From assembly GCA_965644295.1 (NCBI GenBank), contig CBFFRP010000292.1, forward strand, positions 1 through 64,000: 64,000 bases of DNA, in the 5' to 3' direction. Source of the stretch: Paraphysomonas bandaiensis. Its lineage: Eukaryota > Protista > Chrysophyceae. Under the pieces are notes generated by a model. That model was not told where the DNA came from. It saw only the letters and a program-made list of their open reading frames with translations, and made no database searches. Position numbers and translations under genes: made by a program. Below are positions 50,751 through 64,000 of this stretch, in pieces; the stretch's first letter is position 1, and the number at the start of each line of letters is the position of its first letter.

Positions 50751-52655
50751 AAAGTCTTATTATTTAGCAATAGGCGTTAAAAACCTGCACCAATGTAGTG
50801 GCTAATTGAATGCTAGACATACTATTTAGACATCTACCCGTAACTAATCAGTACAAATTCTATTATCCTACTATTTAGCGCTACAGAAGCTGCTTGTGCG
50901 TCGCCACAAGCACCAAGGTGCGACCACTTCCGGTCTTAATGTTGATTGTGAGTTTCGCCATGATCGTGTGTCCTAGGACTCACTGGCGCGTGTTATCAGG
51001 GGGTCTCCCCTTGGGATGAGATTCCACCAGGCTCTGAGGTACAGGGTTCTGTATTAAGGTTCTGAGTGTACCGAGTGCAAGATGGGTGTGCTGAGAGGTG
51101 GGTGGTGAGGTGGAATGTGGCGTTGTCTCAGTGCACCGTTTGGGCGCCAGGCATAGGTGGAGTGGTTGCCGAAGACGGCATCGTTGTCTAGGGCCTGAAG
51201 GTTTCATGCGGGCCGGTGATATGTTCTTGTGTGTATGAGTGGTGGGGTTCGTGTGTACGGTGGACGATGGTCCAGTCTCGGGTCGTCTGCGGACCACTAG
51301 TAATCGTAGCACCCTTGTGCGTTTCCATTGCTGTCTACGTGTTTGACGCGGTCGCGTGAGTAGCCTAGGGGGTACCTTTTTAAGGGAAATGTATCGTCAC
51401 TCAAGCACATGTGTCTAGACTGCACAAATGACACCATCACTCAGATATGCGAGACGGCATTTCACAGCCACAAAAACGTGCTTCAAGAGATACTGAGAAA
51501 TCAGGACCTACCCCACTAGACCACCACAATACGCTACAGCGGCTTTCCAGAAGGGCCTGGAACCCCTCCTTCCCACAGGTGGAGAGATTCTGGACAGGCA
51601 CCACCACCACTGCACAACTTGAGACGGGTTTTAGAGATCACATCCATGGGTCCCTGACACCTCTAGGTCTGCGCAACCTTGAATGCAGCAAAAAGCAGGA
51701 GAAGCAGGCTGATGACCGCTGATTCAAGGTTGCGCAGACCTAGAGGTGTCAGGGACCCATGGATGTGATCTCTAAAACCCGTCTCAAGTTGTGCAGTGGT
51801 GGTGGTGCCTGTCCAGAATCTCTCCACCTGTGGGAAGGAGGGGTTCCAGGCCCTTCTGGAAAGCCGCTGTAGCGTATTGTGGTGGTCTAGTGGGGTAGGT
51901 CCTGATTTCTCAGTATCTCTTGAAGCACGTTTTTGTGGCTGTGAAATGCCGTCTCGCGTATCTGAGTGATGGTGTCATTTGTGCAGTCTAGACACATGTG
52001 CTTGAGTGACGATACATTTCCCTTAAAAAGGTACCCCCTAGGCTACTCACGCGACCGCGTCAAACACGTAGACAGCAATGGAAACGCACAAGGGTGCTAC
52101 GATTACTAGTGGTCCGCAGACGACCCGAGACTGGACCATCGTCCACCGTACACACGAACCCCACCACTCATACACACAAGAACATATCACCGGCCCGCAT
52201 GAAACCTTCAGGCCCTAGACAACGATGCCGTCTTCGGCAACCACTCCACCTATGCCTGGCGCCCAAACGGTGCACTGAGACAACGCCACATTCCACCTCA
52301 CCACCCACCTCTCAGCACACCCATCTTGCACTCGGTACACTCAGAACCTTAATACAGAACCCTGTACCTCAGAGCCTGGTGGAATCTCATCCCAAGGGGA
52401 GACCCCCTGATAACACGCGCCAGTGAGTCCTAGGACACACGATCATGGCGAAACTCACAATCAACATTAAGACCGGAAGTGGTCGCACCTTGGTGCTTGT
52501 GGCGACGCACAAGCAGCTTCTGTAGTGCTAAATAGTAGGATAATAGAATTTGTACTGATTAGTTACGGGTAGATGTCTAAATAGTATGTCTAGCATTCAA
52601 TTAGCCACTACATTGGTGCAGGTTTTTAACGCCTATTGCTAAATAATAAGACTTT
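50751..52655. repeat. 1.9-kb foldback: 934-bp inverted arms (50751-51684 / 51722-52655) with a 37-nt spacer
   Basis: The arms are reverse complements, and the identical 110-aa ORF appears on both strands. I found two mismatches (50880/52526, 51448/51958). Confidence 0.96.
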
Positions 52656-52935
52656 TACTACTAATATATCGCCGACTTCGATCTTGGATCATGAGCTTTG
52701 CTGCATCAAAAAGCGGGAAAAGCAGACTGATAACCGCTGCTTTAAGATTGCGCAGACCTTGAGGTGTCAGGGACGCATGGTTAGGAATCGACATGTCTGT
52801 ACAAACACCCTACACTATAATTCACTATGAATATGTGTGGTATAATCAATTAATTGACGCAGGTTGTAGTCAGTTATAATTGCAATTACTACTTGCTGTC
52901 TCAATTTCAATTATCGCAAATTCAATAATTGACAA

Positions 52936-52955
52936 TTAATTGATACGCAGCCCTG
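52936..52955 (-). mobile_element. Solo hAT-type terminus related to the 38454 element; another copy ends at 57697
   Basis: TTAATTGATACGCAGCCCTG here; TTAATTGTTACGCAAGCCTG at 57678-57697. Confidence 0.65.
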
Positions 52956-53221
52956 ATACACATAGCTTGGAGCGTAAGAGTATTACCCAACTTCGAGTAG
53001 ACAACACAACCAGCCGAGGCGACAGTCCATAAGGTAAAGGAAGTAAGTAACAAGTGACAGGATATGATACATATCAATATTACTGGTATAATACAAATTA
53101 CTTAAATATTCATTATGACACCATCAATACCGTCTGCATTTCTTTACTTTGCTTAAGTACATGTCATGCGATACAGGTGTTAACTCTAGACTAATCGCTG
53201 GTGTAGCTGGATATATCTTCA

Positions 53222-54682
53222 TCAGTTTCCTTCCTTGCACTCCTCTCCTCTTCTTCGGCTACTCTTAGCTCCGCCTCCAGCTGAGCTACCTCGTTTTGAA
53301 GGTCGCCGATCTGTATCATACGCTGTTTTCGCTCTGCAGCAATCTGTTTCCGGAGCTTGTCTGTCATTCCTGCCTGCAGAAATCATTTCACATGAGCCGT
53401 GCATATACGCATTCCAACTGACTGACCGTTCTTCCACATTCAACTGTAGTCCTAAGAGTACTATTGTCTCGTATTAGTACCTCACGCTCCAAGTTAGTAA
53501 CTTTAATCATAGAAAGTCTTGAGTCCACCTCCTTGCGCCACTCTTCTCGACTATGAAGAGAAAAGCTGGATATCAATACGAGTTTATATCCATGTCACTA
53601 TTTACGTACCCCTTATCTTCTTGAACCGAAGTATCGAATGACAAGCCTAAAAGAGAGGCAGTGGATGCACGACGTTTAAACTCGAGCTTCTGGTAGTGTG
53701 CTAGTTCTTCTTCCTTCTTAGCTACGCGCTGCTGAAGCTGACTGAGCTTCCTTGCGAGCTCTCCAGGGGTAGGTAAGTTCAAAAGAGCAGTCCCGCCCCC
53801 CTTATCTTTTGGTCCTGTGTCTGCGACCAACGCAGTGCGAACATCTTGAGCGACGCTTCCCCTACGCCCAGCAGACGTAACGCCGCTCATGAATTGGGCG
53901 CGTTTGCAGTCCTCCATGGCAGAGAGCATTTTGTCTTCCATCCCCAGAAGCATACTTGCCATGTCTTCCATCTGTTGCATACACTCTGAACTCATAGCCT
54001 CCAAGAGACGCAACTCCTGCTGGCAAGCCTTAATTATTGCTTTGTCTACATGATCTAAAAGCTCAGGTACAGTACTCTCTGGAAGTTGATGACGAGATGC
54101 AAAGTCTGTCACAAGATCCATGGCATCACACATTGAGTCTACAATGAGTTTATTACTGTCGGACATCGCCACCCGTATATCGTCCGTGCCCATCATGGAT
54201 ACTTTCAAGCCATCCCTGTCCAAGTCCACTTCTAGTGCCTTCGATTGTGGATCAACTAGCTCACCGAAAACCTCAAATGGGGGCATTTCCTCCGAAAACA
54301 CAGACTCTTTTGCATCTCTTTTGTTTCCAAGTTTGGATGTTTCTGACTCGGAAGCTTCTGTGCGCTGAATAAAGTCCAAAAACTCTGGCCAGTCAATAGT
54401 CGTGTCTGCACCCTGATATCCAAGCTCATCTGCCTGTTTCTGAGTGAATATTCCTATCAGCTCTGGAGTCTTGAGCACTGTCACCATTAGCTGTCTCCGA
54501 TCAACACGACTTTCTCCTTCAGGGAGCAAAGAGTTAAATATCTTTTGCAATTCAATCCTCTGCAAAATATTGTCAAACAACTACAGTCTAACAGTGTTTT
54601 GCACCTTTGCCAGTTTAGGAGCGGCCACATTCATGACACTGCCTCTGCGCTGTGCCACACTGGCTCGGCGATTTTTCCCCAT
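53222..54682 (-). CDS. Hypothetical protein with a degenerate EF-hand pair and coiled coils; 4 exons
   Basis: MGKNRRASV..AK/RIELQKIFNSL..ADTTIDWPEFLDFI. GT-AG introns link ORFs 53573-54580, 53388-53576 and 53222-53443 in frame. Confidence 0.7.
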
Positions 54683-55506
54683 TATGTAATGCACGAGATA
54701 TTAGTTATGTACTAAATGATATGAGCTATCCCGAGAGTAAACAAATGTCGATGTCGTTATGTTATATGACTGCTGCGGTGAGTGAATCAAATCAAATCAA
54801 TACAATTAAATTGAATAACTTACATACAATAAATGCAATATATGAATAGTGGAAACAAGCAACCCAAAGTGCTACTTAACCGATGCCCCCACGACACTTG
54901 ATCTCGTCTAGATATGTGTCGAGAAATAATGCACTCCAACCGACATACCTGCAGAGGTAACACACATCTAGATACACACAGCTACACAGACCTACTGTGC
55001 ACCATACCGCACCATATACACCCATATACTGCGCATACACTCATGAATACATACAACACTGTGCTGCTGTATCGCCAAAAAAACGCTGATTTCAAAAATA
55101 CTGTAGTGCAGGAATACGGAGCCGTAGTAGAAAATCTTAGAAAGAATTTTATTTACGTGGACTGAAGAAGAAGAAGACGAAGTCCATCTGCACGTCTGCA
55201 GTAGGAATTCTGACGGAGGAGGTATTCCGTATTCTACGTCAGCAATATAGTGTGTATACGGAATTGCTGCATGGGTGGAGGGGAAGGGGATGCCCTACTA
55301 TGCCTCAGATACGATACAAGTACGTCAGAGATGCGGATGCGTAGCGAGGTAAAGTGAAGTGCAGCCGCACATGTGTACGCATGTGAGTGCGCAGATGTGC
55401 CATGGTCTCATTACTGGGCCTCACAATACAATACTCGAAGCCCCCATACACAACAGCAATAACATCGACGACACAAATCGATAGTGATCTCTGGCGTTAA
55501 ACGAGT

Positions 55507-56142
55507 ATGAGTTTCCCGTCTTTTAAACGAAAGACTTTAAAGGGAACAGACTCGAAGAAGAAGAAGAAGTCTCTGCATGTTCACTTCTCTGATAACTGTG
55601 AAGTGGTTCTGATACCTATGCGCAGTGAGTACATAGAGGAGGGACCGTCACTGTGGTGGAATAGAGATGACGTGCATCGATTTAAGCATAATTTTCGAAT
55701 GGAGAAACGAAAAGTGAAACAAGAGCTCGCAGTGCAGTCGTTACAGTTCTCGTGGATACTTCTAGTCACTAATAGTCACAGAAGAAAGTCATTCATGGCC
55801 GATAAGTTGTCAAAGATTGCGCCTACAAACACGACTTTCAAAGCCTGTCTTTTTCGGGACCTAGAAACTGTGCTCATGCATCTTCCAGAGTCCTTCACTG
55901 CAGTGATAATCGATAGTTCATGCAGTGATATCGACGACGGTTCCAGCCCTCATTCTTACAGAAATGCCGCGAAGCTCGCACGTGCGTTGTGTACTTCGAA
56001 GACATCAGTCACCGTGTTTGTTGATTGTGACAAGAACACTGCTCCAGCGCACATCACATCCAGAGATCACGTTAATAATGTTAACGGTGCTCATACTGGG
56101 AGGTGTGTATTAAATCGAAGTTCTGTAGTCTCAAACTTTTAA
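55507..56142 (+). CDS. Hypothetical single-exon protein (VxF..VVLIP..EY..LWW motif plus possible degenerate receiver-like domain)
   Basis: 211-aa ATG ORF containing HVHFSDNCEVVLIPMRSEY..LWWNRDD and WILLVTNS..FTAVIID. Confidence 0.55.
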   Translation: MSFPSFKRKTLKGTDSKKKKKSLHVHFSDNCEVVLIPMRSEYIEEGPSLWWNRDDVHRFKHNFRMEKRKVKQELAVQSLQFSWILLVTNSHRRKSFMADKLSKIAPTNTTFKACLFRDLETVLMHLPESFTAVIIDSSCSDIDDGSSPHSYRNAAKLARALCTSKTSVTVFVDCDKNTAPAHITSRDHVNNVNGAHTGRCVLNRSSVVSNF

Positions 56143-58347
56143 TTTGGGTTGGCATCGGATAGTCGAGGACGTGGTATATATTAACAGATTTTATTGTACA
56201 TAATTCTTTCAGTAGTCGAGCATGTTCAGTGTGTCGCAATTATAAATGCGTATTCCATACGTTCTTTATTTCTAAATTATATCGACCATATGTAATCTTT
56301 ATTATTGTAACTTAGCAGTAATAAATATGTTCTACATTGTTAGTATTAATGAATGGGAATGAAAAAGCAATAAACCGGAACGCTACTAGATAGCAATACT
56401 GACTCCGATTACAATTAATGAGGGGGTTGCATACTTTCTCGCACAACTAGTACATGTCAACTGTGCTGAACAGGCGCTCATGTGTACTAGAAGTACAGAC
56501 TACTTGACTCGTGTACCAGTACTAAGTATATCAGTTTCTAATTTCTTATTTTTGTTGGGTTTCACGAACCTTCAGCTTCAAAGATCCCACCTAGAATATT
56601 TCGGTCTTTGCAGTCATTTTACGAAACTCTGAGAAAATACTATTTGACAAACCACATTGCTTATTCATAAGTATTTCTTGCGTTATCTGAAGGTTGAAAA
56701 GTGAGAGCAGAGGTGCAGACGTGCAGACAGCATAATATACTTTGCTCACTATATATATATGTGTAGTGTCCCCATTTCATAGTTTGATGTGGTTTGTGTT
56801 GTGATTAAATCCAGATAACTTGCGTGCGTGATTGCTGTAGCATGAAATATATTTAGATGCCAGACTAATCTACAATGAGTTGGTTGATGACCAATGGTAA
56901 GAAAATATGATGATCCTCTACCTCTGCGAATGATCCTCCACCTAATAGTAATGTGCCCCCAACGTGCCGCGTCGTCTCCGAGCATATAGGTACTAACACT
57001 ACTTACACTAAGTAGTGTTGGTGTTATTGCATGTCGTAGTAAAGATAGCTATATGCGTATGCAATGTATCCAAAATTAGGCTATTCGGCTGGAGCGTTTG
57101 CAATCTAAAGAGAGCCAAACGCAGCTATATAATATTACAAAACAAAAGTAGCAGGGGGCAACTTGTAATGCAATAAATACGTCTAATAACAAATATTATT
57201 GCGACTTTTTTCTTTAACCTCTCGGATACAAATTACAGTAGTACAAAAATAATTCAATACTTAGATATGAAACTTGGTGAAAAAACTTTACCAGGTTTTG
57301 GTATTACCTCGACTGCATTCTTATTTGCCATTCAAGATAAATATAGATATTAAAAATTTCAGTACGAGTTGTAGTTGTTTCTATACATCATAATAAATTA
57401 TAAACTAATTTCACGAAAACATATGCATGTATTGCTACTAACCAGTGGAACAATAATCGATATTGCAACAATACGATATCGTATATCGTATACTGCTCCT
57501 AGCTTCTAGCCCTGATAAGATGTAATGTAGAAAAGACACTAAATTATTAATGTAGCATATTTTTACATTTATTAATTTCGACAACATAACAATTCGTACT
57601 AAACACCTCAAGATTCATTGAAGTAATGTTGAATTCAAGTAATGTTGTCGAATATTGTCAATAAATTGAAAAACCAATTAATTGTTACGCAAGCCTGTCG
57701 AGAATAGCGACTGCAAGCTACAATCAAGATACCTAAACATTGTTGCTTCGTAGTCACAATGCATACTTGGACGGTTCAGGAAACAGACACCATCGCATCA
57801 TCTCGACCTTCCATAACACTGCAAGTTCATAAAAACGTGTTTTGTTCAAATTACTTTATTCTTTATTGTAGTGTTGCCAGTTCAGCATATACTGCACGTC
57901 AGGGAGTAATAAAATATAGAAAGTCGTATACGTATAATGTGCTACTTATAAATATCATACTCTAATAAAAATCTCACCAATCTACTAAAGTGCCTCCATG
58001 CGCTGTTAGAAAATGTACATTGTTGTCATCAAGTATAGGTTGACAAGCTTTCCCAATAGCCATGACAGAGTCGTAAAACAATGGATAAAGGCATGTGTCG
58101 TGTTATATCCAGTTGCCGGTGAATCTGCAGGCAGGTCGCGGCAACTTGGACTTATTACGAACAATGCGTCGCACAAAAAGCAATTATCGCAGACATGATG
58201 CACTGCCGAGCTGTGCATTGTCAAGCATATCATTATTTTATAAACAATCATTACAAAGATATTACTACAATAAACCAAATTTCTAGTTCATACACGCAGC
58301 ACAAAAACACGCCGAGAAAATATGATGAAAAAACAAGAAAATGACAA

Positions 58348-61300
58348 CTATTTCCCATCGACATCTGTCCCTAGCATCCATGCAGGCGGGACAGCAGCCT
58401 TCTTTGCACGGTTGTTTCTAACCATTTTAGGCTTCCCTCCAAATGAGCCTGACATGTTGGTGTTACCTTTAGTTGTTTTGACAAACTTTTGGTAACGGAC
58501 AGATGGGTCACGCTCTTTCTCCCGCTTCTCCTTGGCATCCACAAATTTCCTACAAAACATATAAAATAGACTACTGTGGGGAAAATAGTACATACTTCAT
58601 TCGCTTGTTTCTTTTCATCATGGCCTCAATGACAGTCGGGTCGGAGATTCCCCACTCCGCGGCTTGCTCAGATCCGGCAGCAGATACCCTAGATCTGGCT
58701 GTGTGTAACAACATGTCCGCATCTTCTTCCATGTCATAGTTGCCAGCACCGAATCGGGACGACGCCCCGGACAGATTGGACGAGCGCGATGCAGGTCGAG
58801 ACGAAGCAATTGTAGAAGATGACGTGGGACGAACACATATATTGGGGAGAAAACCGCTTCCTTGATCATCAGATATCCGCGATTTACTGCTCGAACGATT
58901 CAAATAGACTCCTGATTTTTCCAGTGAGTCATTTTCGCTCATCACATGAGGCGTTGTCGTAACCCATTCACCACTCCGTGCACTTGCTCGATACATATGC
59001 TGTAGCCTGGGAGAGATGTCTGCAGTACCTCTTTCAGTATCTGGAATAGATGGACATGGAATGGATTCTTTTTCCTGTGATATATGATCGTTGTATGTAC
59101 ACGTACCGGGTGATTGTGGACGCCTTTTGCGACGATGGTCACCATAGACTACCATTCCTTCTGCATTTAGCCCTCTACCTTCATTACTCTGTTTCTGACC
59201 ACTTCTTATCATGGATCGCATTGGTGCTTGCAGCCAATCATCCTCGAGCTCAGGCGCACAACTCAAAGAGTTGGCGTATTCTGCAAGCATGTCGCTGTCA
59301 CCTAGCATTGCATCTAACTCCTCGTCCATATAAGCTGCAGAGTTCAAAACGCGTTTGAGTTTACGACGACAAATGAATCCTCTAGCGACAGACTGTATGC
59401 ACATGGCAGCGTGGTGGATACGAGCACTATACACTGACTGCGCTTCCCTGCTTCCACGACGCTGGATCGACACCTCGGATGGGTGCAAGGATACTGGCTC
59501 AGTTCGAATTCTCCCGTTCTGGGAAGATCTAATTGACATAATTCGGCTGTGCTGACACCCATCATCCCAACGTGAAAGGAAATCTACGTGAGAGCGCATG
59601 ACATCCAATAAAGCAAACGACACTTCTGCAGACACGTGGTTTGCTTGCGAAGAGGAAGACCGTTCCCATATTCTAGCCACATTTTGTTCGGCAATCAAAC
59701 TGGATAAAAAGTGGGTAAACCTATTTGCAGCTGCTCCTCGTTTGTTGTTAGTCTCTCTACTACTAGTGTCCTGTGCACACCCGCATGAAATATTTGTACG
59801 GAAAGATTTCAGCAATGATTGGTGCCAACCACTATGTCGAGATGCGTCAATAAATTCCCGCAACTGCTGGTTTCGTTTAATTTTATTGTCTGATATCATC
59901 TGCGAATCAGATGATCCTGAAGAAAGAAGAGATGCTACAGGGTCTCGTGATGGGTGTGATATAGCTCGGCCTGACACTTCTACGACTTTGTGAAGCGCGT
60001 CGCATATCATTTCTGCTAAATTGCTGTCACTATTCACAGGGTTATCTTGAAGTTGGATAACTTTCAGTTCATTGCACTGTAATAATCCAGTTAATTTTTC
60101 CAGGGAAGGAATGCTATTAAAAGATAGATCGATCTCAGAAAGGTATGGGGATGTCATCAATGACATACTCGCAATGTCCAAGATCGAATTGTCCTGAAGA
60201 TATAGTTTGTCTAAAAGAGGCATAAACACTGGCCATCTAACATTCGAGGAATAGTTTTCTCGCACAGGTTCTACCCAGGCATTCATATTGGTAAGCTTGT
60301 TTCCACTTAACCATAAACTCCTCAAGTTAGGTAGGTATAACGGAGTCGGCAAATTTGTAAGTTGGTTTTGACTTAACACTAGCTGGGACAGCAGTGGACA
60401 CTGAGAGAGGGTGTCTCCACTGACGGTAGATAACTTATTGCGTCCAATATCTAGATGAGTCAGGGACTGCAAGTGATGCAAACTATCACGTGATACGCTA
60501 GATATCTTGTTGTGGTAGAGCTCCAGCTTCTGCAGACTCGTGGATGAGAGAAGTGGAATACTCGTCAGTCGATTCATATTCGCAGATAAATGAACTAAAC
60601 TAGGCAAGTCTTGCAACGGGGAAAGATCCGTTAATTGGTTCACTTCCAAGTGAAGAGTCCTCAGCGATTCCTTCCCACTCAGTCCCTTGATACATGTCAA
60701 TACATTGTCCTTTATACACAGCTCCTCTAACGGGCATTCACATTCGGCCAAATGGTCTAGATTCGATATTTTATTCACATTTACATCTAATACTCGTAAA
60801 TGGGGGTACTCTTTAACGAAACTAAGATTAGTCAGACCTTCCACTGACATCTTCAATTCTGTGTGCTCATTTCTATCCCCAGAAGACGGCTTCATATCAC
60901 CACAAGACTGACGAGAAACTAACAGCACAGCTCCCACCTGTGCACTTCTGTCCGAAATATCACCAGTAGGTTGCATTGCAACGCTTTCTGACCTATACTT
61001 ACGCCACGATTCTAGGGCATGTAATATTACATCCGTTCGGAAATCATTAGAGACCAATGCAGACGGTTCACAATTAGTAGAAGCATTATTTGGTACCTCT
61101 GCTAGTTCATCGGGCTGAGTGAAGCTCACAGGTGCATGCGACCGACTAATACACTCTCGAACAACCGATTCGATTCTTCCAGTCTGACTCGATATATCGG
61201 CATTTCCGTCAATCGCAATAGAGTCAGTACATTGCGCTGACTCACTCGTGGCTTGCACGTTGAGCATTGAGCTGGTTTTATCTTGATGGGTTTGCCTTGC

Positions 61301-63116
61301 AGTGTCAACCTCAACCTTTTCTAATTCTTTGCTACCAGAACTTGATTGTGAAGATATCGTAGAAGTCACTGCTTTCTTCACCTAATCAAAAAAATATGTT
61401 ATAAAAATCAATGAACCAATAGTAAATGAAAAAAGTAAAAATCAAACACGCACAGCACCTTGGATATAAACCCGCCCCATCCTGATCCTGAAGGCCGTGC
61501 ACCCATACTCTTCGTATCACCATCGCCATTTTGAGTAGCAGATACTCGTGATGTCCGTGCATTTTCCTTGTCCTGTTTCATACCTTTTACCACCACATGA
61601 ATTTACGTACACTACATACCATTTTAGAATTCTCATTGGCCTTCTTATACCTTTCTTTGCCAGTACTCTCTCGTTTCACTTCCTCTAGTTCTTTTCTTCG
61701 AGCGTCATCATCTCGCCTCTTGACTTCGTCTTGTTCCTTTTTTTTCTTCATTTCTTCGCGTTCTCTCTGTCTTTCTTCATCTTCTCGCTTCATTAACTCC
61801 TCTCGTCTTTTATCTTCTTCAGCTTTCAAGCGTGATTTTTCAGCTTCAGCTTTCCAAGCCGACGTGGACTCAATTTCCATCAATTTCATATCCTCTCTAG
61901 CTCGCTTTTCCCTCTTGCGCTCTATGCGCATCCTTTCTCCGAGCCCATCTTCTCTTGTCATATGTTTGCCTTCATCTCGCTGCTTTAGCCTTTCACGTTC
62001 AACTTGTTCCGCCTCACGCCTTTTGAGCTCATTCCAAGCGGCCCGACACTGTGTCTCATTTCTTTGCATCCGCGACCTCTCCTCACGCTCACGAATTGAT
62101 TGGCGCATCTGCTCGCGGCCGATTAACATCTGTCGATAAGCCCGCCGGCAATTTAACCCTCGAGAAACTCGCTGAATTACGATCTACACACCAGATAGTT
62201 ACGCATTGCTGCATATATTATATACGCAAACAATTTCATAGACTTATAGTATGTCAGTGCAGCAGGAATACAGTTGCGAGACAAAACACTATGTTACCGC
62301 TGCCCGTCGCTTATTCGCATTGACTTCGATTTCAGATGCAATTTTCTTCTTGCGCTCTTCCCTCTCACGTCGGTCCTGCTCAACTGCTAACTCATATTCT
62401 TCGTCCTTCTGTTGAAGTAAAACCTCGATTTCCTGCAGTGCCACCTGAAGACATCACGACTAGGCATCAATATTCCACATAAAAGAGTGTAATGTACACA
62501 CCTGCAAGTTATCCTTGTGTCGCGTTTCATGCAGCATCAAGTCGTCGTAGAGTAACCCTCCCTCTTCTGGAACAAACGGAAGAACTGCTTCAATAGATTG
62601 CTCCTCGAAATCCGAAACGTTGCTGACCACCGCACATAGTGTTTCAGTTGGTGCTGTTGTCGTTAAGCCTTGATCGCTGGTTACAGGCAGCAATTCAGCG
62701 TTGTCATATGAAATACTATAAATATATTCCACAGAGGTTATCATTTCAAAAAGAACTTCCCTCACTTCGTCGGCAATTTCAACAGCGTTGAGCATATTGT
62801 TATTGATGCTGGGGACAGATACGCATGCATCCGGACAATGGAGAACGTTACACTCAGAGTGCGAATTTTCATTAGGAATGTCAAATTCTACTTCTGAGTG
62901 TATTTCAAGAGTAAGGTCACGACCAGTGAGGTCGGCAGTCTTGAGCAGTTCACTCCACTCTTCGGTCTCTTCGTGTGCAGGAGTATTATTGAAATTGGCA
63001 AGTTCATCTTTCAAGAGCTCGATAGACTGTGCAATAAATTCATCGTGACCCTCACTGTCGACATCTGACAGATCATCTAGATCGTCCTCAAACAGCTGCT
63101 CTAGTTCCTCTAACAT
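58348..63116 (-). CDS. LRRIQ1: LRRIQ1-like leucine-rich-repeat and IQ-motif protein; multi-exon
   Basis: Acidic N-terminus, E/R coiled coil, about 10 LxxLxLxxNxL repeats, IQ motif (CIQSVARGFICRRK), and C-terminal EWGISD..AMMKRNKRM similar to the LRRIQ1 tail. Confidence 0.8.
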
Positions 63117-64000
63117 CACTCTACGTCACTCGACTGTTCTAACGGCTGTCTCTATATAACACACTCATTATCACCATCAATTCGCAGTCATGTTGGGCTA
63201 CAGTGATTGAGAATCACATCAAATCACCATCAACAGTGGCCGTATTAGAGGAAATGGACAGTTATATGAGAGTATAGTACACAGTGAACCGCAACACTAC
63301 ACGAAATGTATATATATATATATACTCCACGTAGTGTACCTATACATCCTGCATCTTAAACTGAAAGAGAATATAAGAAATACAGTAAAGTATACGGTGG
63401 GTATACCTTAAAAGCAGAAGGAGAGTAGAATACTGGTATACCGTATACCGGTATACCGGTATACGGACCATCTCAACAAATATACTTCTAACTTATAACG
63501 GTAACTCTATCCGGTCTTCTCAATGGAGGTATTCCGTATTGTATTCCTATTGGTACAGCGTATTTTATATTATATTTTATTCCCCCGGTTGACCACACAC
63601 ACAGCCGTGTGATGCATGCGATTATTTTGATCAATGACGAACGCATCATCCCATATCCCGCCCATATAGATACGCTCTAGATGAATGATCGGTCGCTATC
63701 AACACTCATATGCACTCGATGAGGTTCGAAATGAACAGAGTAAATCCATTGGGACCCATTGAAAGTGCTCTCTCGCTATGATTTCCGTTATTCTGAGTGT
63801 TTTCTTCTGTTTGCTATCAACAACAGGTAGCTGTCCAGTTAACTGTCTCAGCGTATAATAATATGTATATCAGGTGCCCAGTACAGCAACGATGAAGATA
63901 CATTCTTATGTGACTTAGTACAAGGCTCCAATATAGGCTCAAAACTCAGCTCAGGGTGGGACTGTTCCTCAGTGGGAAACAAGTGTAATTGGGATGGAGT

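Noticed and set aside
51700-51730. CTGATGA in the hairpin loop, and CTGATAA..GAAAC near 52407-52455, as hammerhead ribozymes (Penelope-like)
   Set aside because: No correctly placed stem II + GAAA after CTGATGA, and the second site has a non-canonical core; an Infernal search would be needed.
50980-52426. Duplicated 110-aa ORF as a real gene pair
   Set aside because: GTG start, low complexity and no recognisable motif; the duplication simply reflects the foldback.
56420-56452. Tc1/mariner-like terminal sequence (GGGGGTTGCATACTTTCTCGCACAACTAGTA)
   Set aside because: No partner TIR or transposase was found.

Overview
Eukaryotic nuclear DNA with short GT-AG introns (about 40-135 nt). Gene and transposon content suggests a stramenopile, plausibly an ochrophyte/chrysophyte; this is inference. 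Recognisable host genes are fibrillarin, a class I HDAC, RPS14, a TYW3-Kelch-TYW2 fusion, a HERC-type RCC1-HECT E3 ligase and an LRRIQ1-like gene. Less familiar genes include a PH + 3x cNMP + proline-rich repeat protein, a Ubl-domain protein, a TFxP-repeat protein, a bacterial-type WSENH protein and several hypotheticals. Mobile DNA includes the 3' end of a Ty3/Gypsy element, a complete non-autonomous hAT with an 8-bp TSD, a 291-bp MITE with a 5-bp TSD, a hAT transposase relic between 74-bp direct repeats, and a 1.9-kb near-perfect foldback. The standout is a ~10-kb intron-poor island (9247-19207) bounded by inverted copies of the MITE terminus. It carries a CryptonS-like tyrosine recombinase, a Sola-like DDD transposase and a large spliced cargo gene (OTU-like protease + AN1-like finger + RS repeats). 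The cargo and transposase genes diverge from a 345-bp internal inverted repeat. This is a candidate cargo-carrying, dual-recombinase large transposon. Long (TACA)n arrays sit in the upstream regions of several genes.
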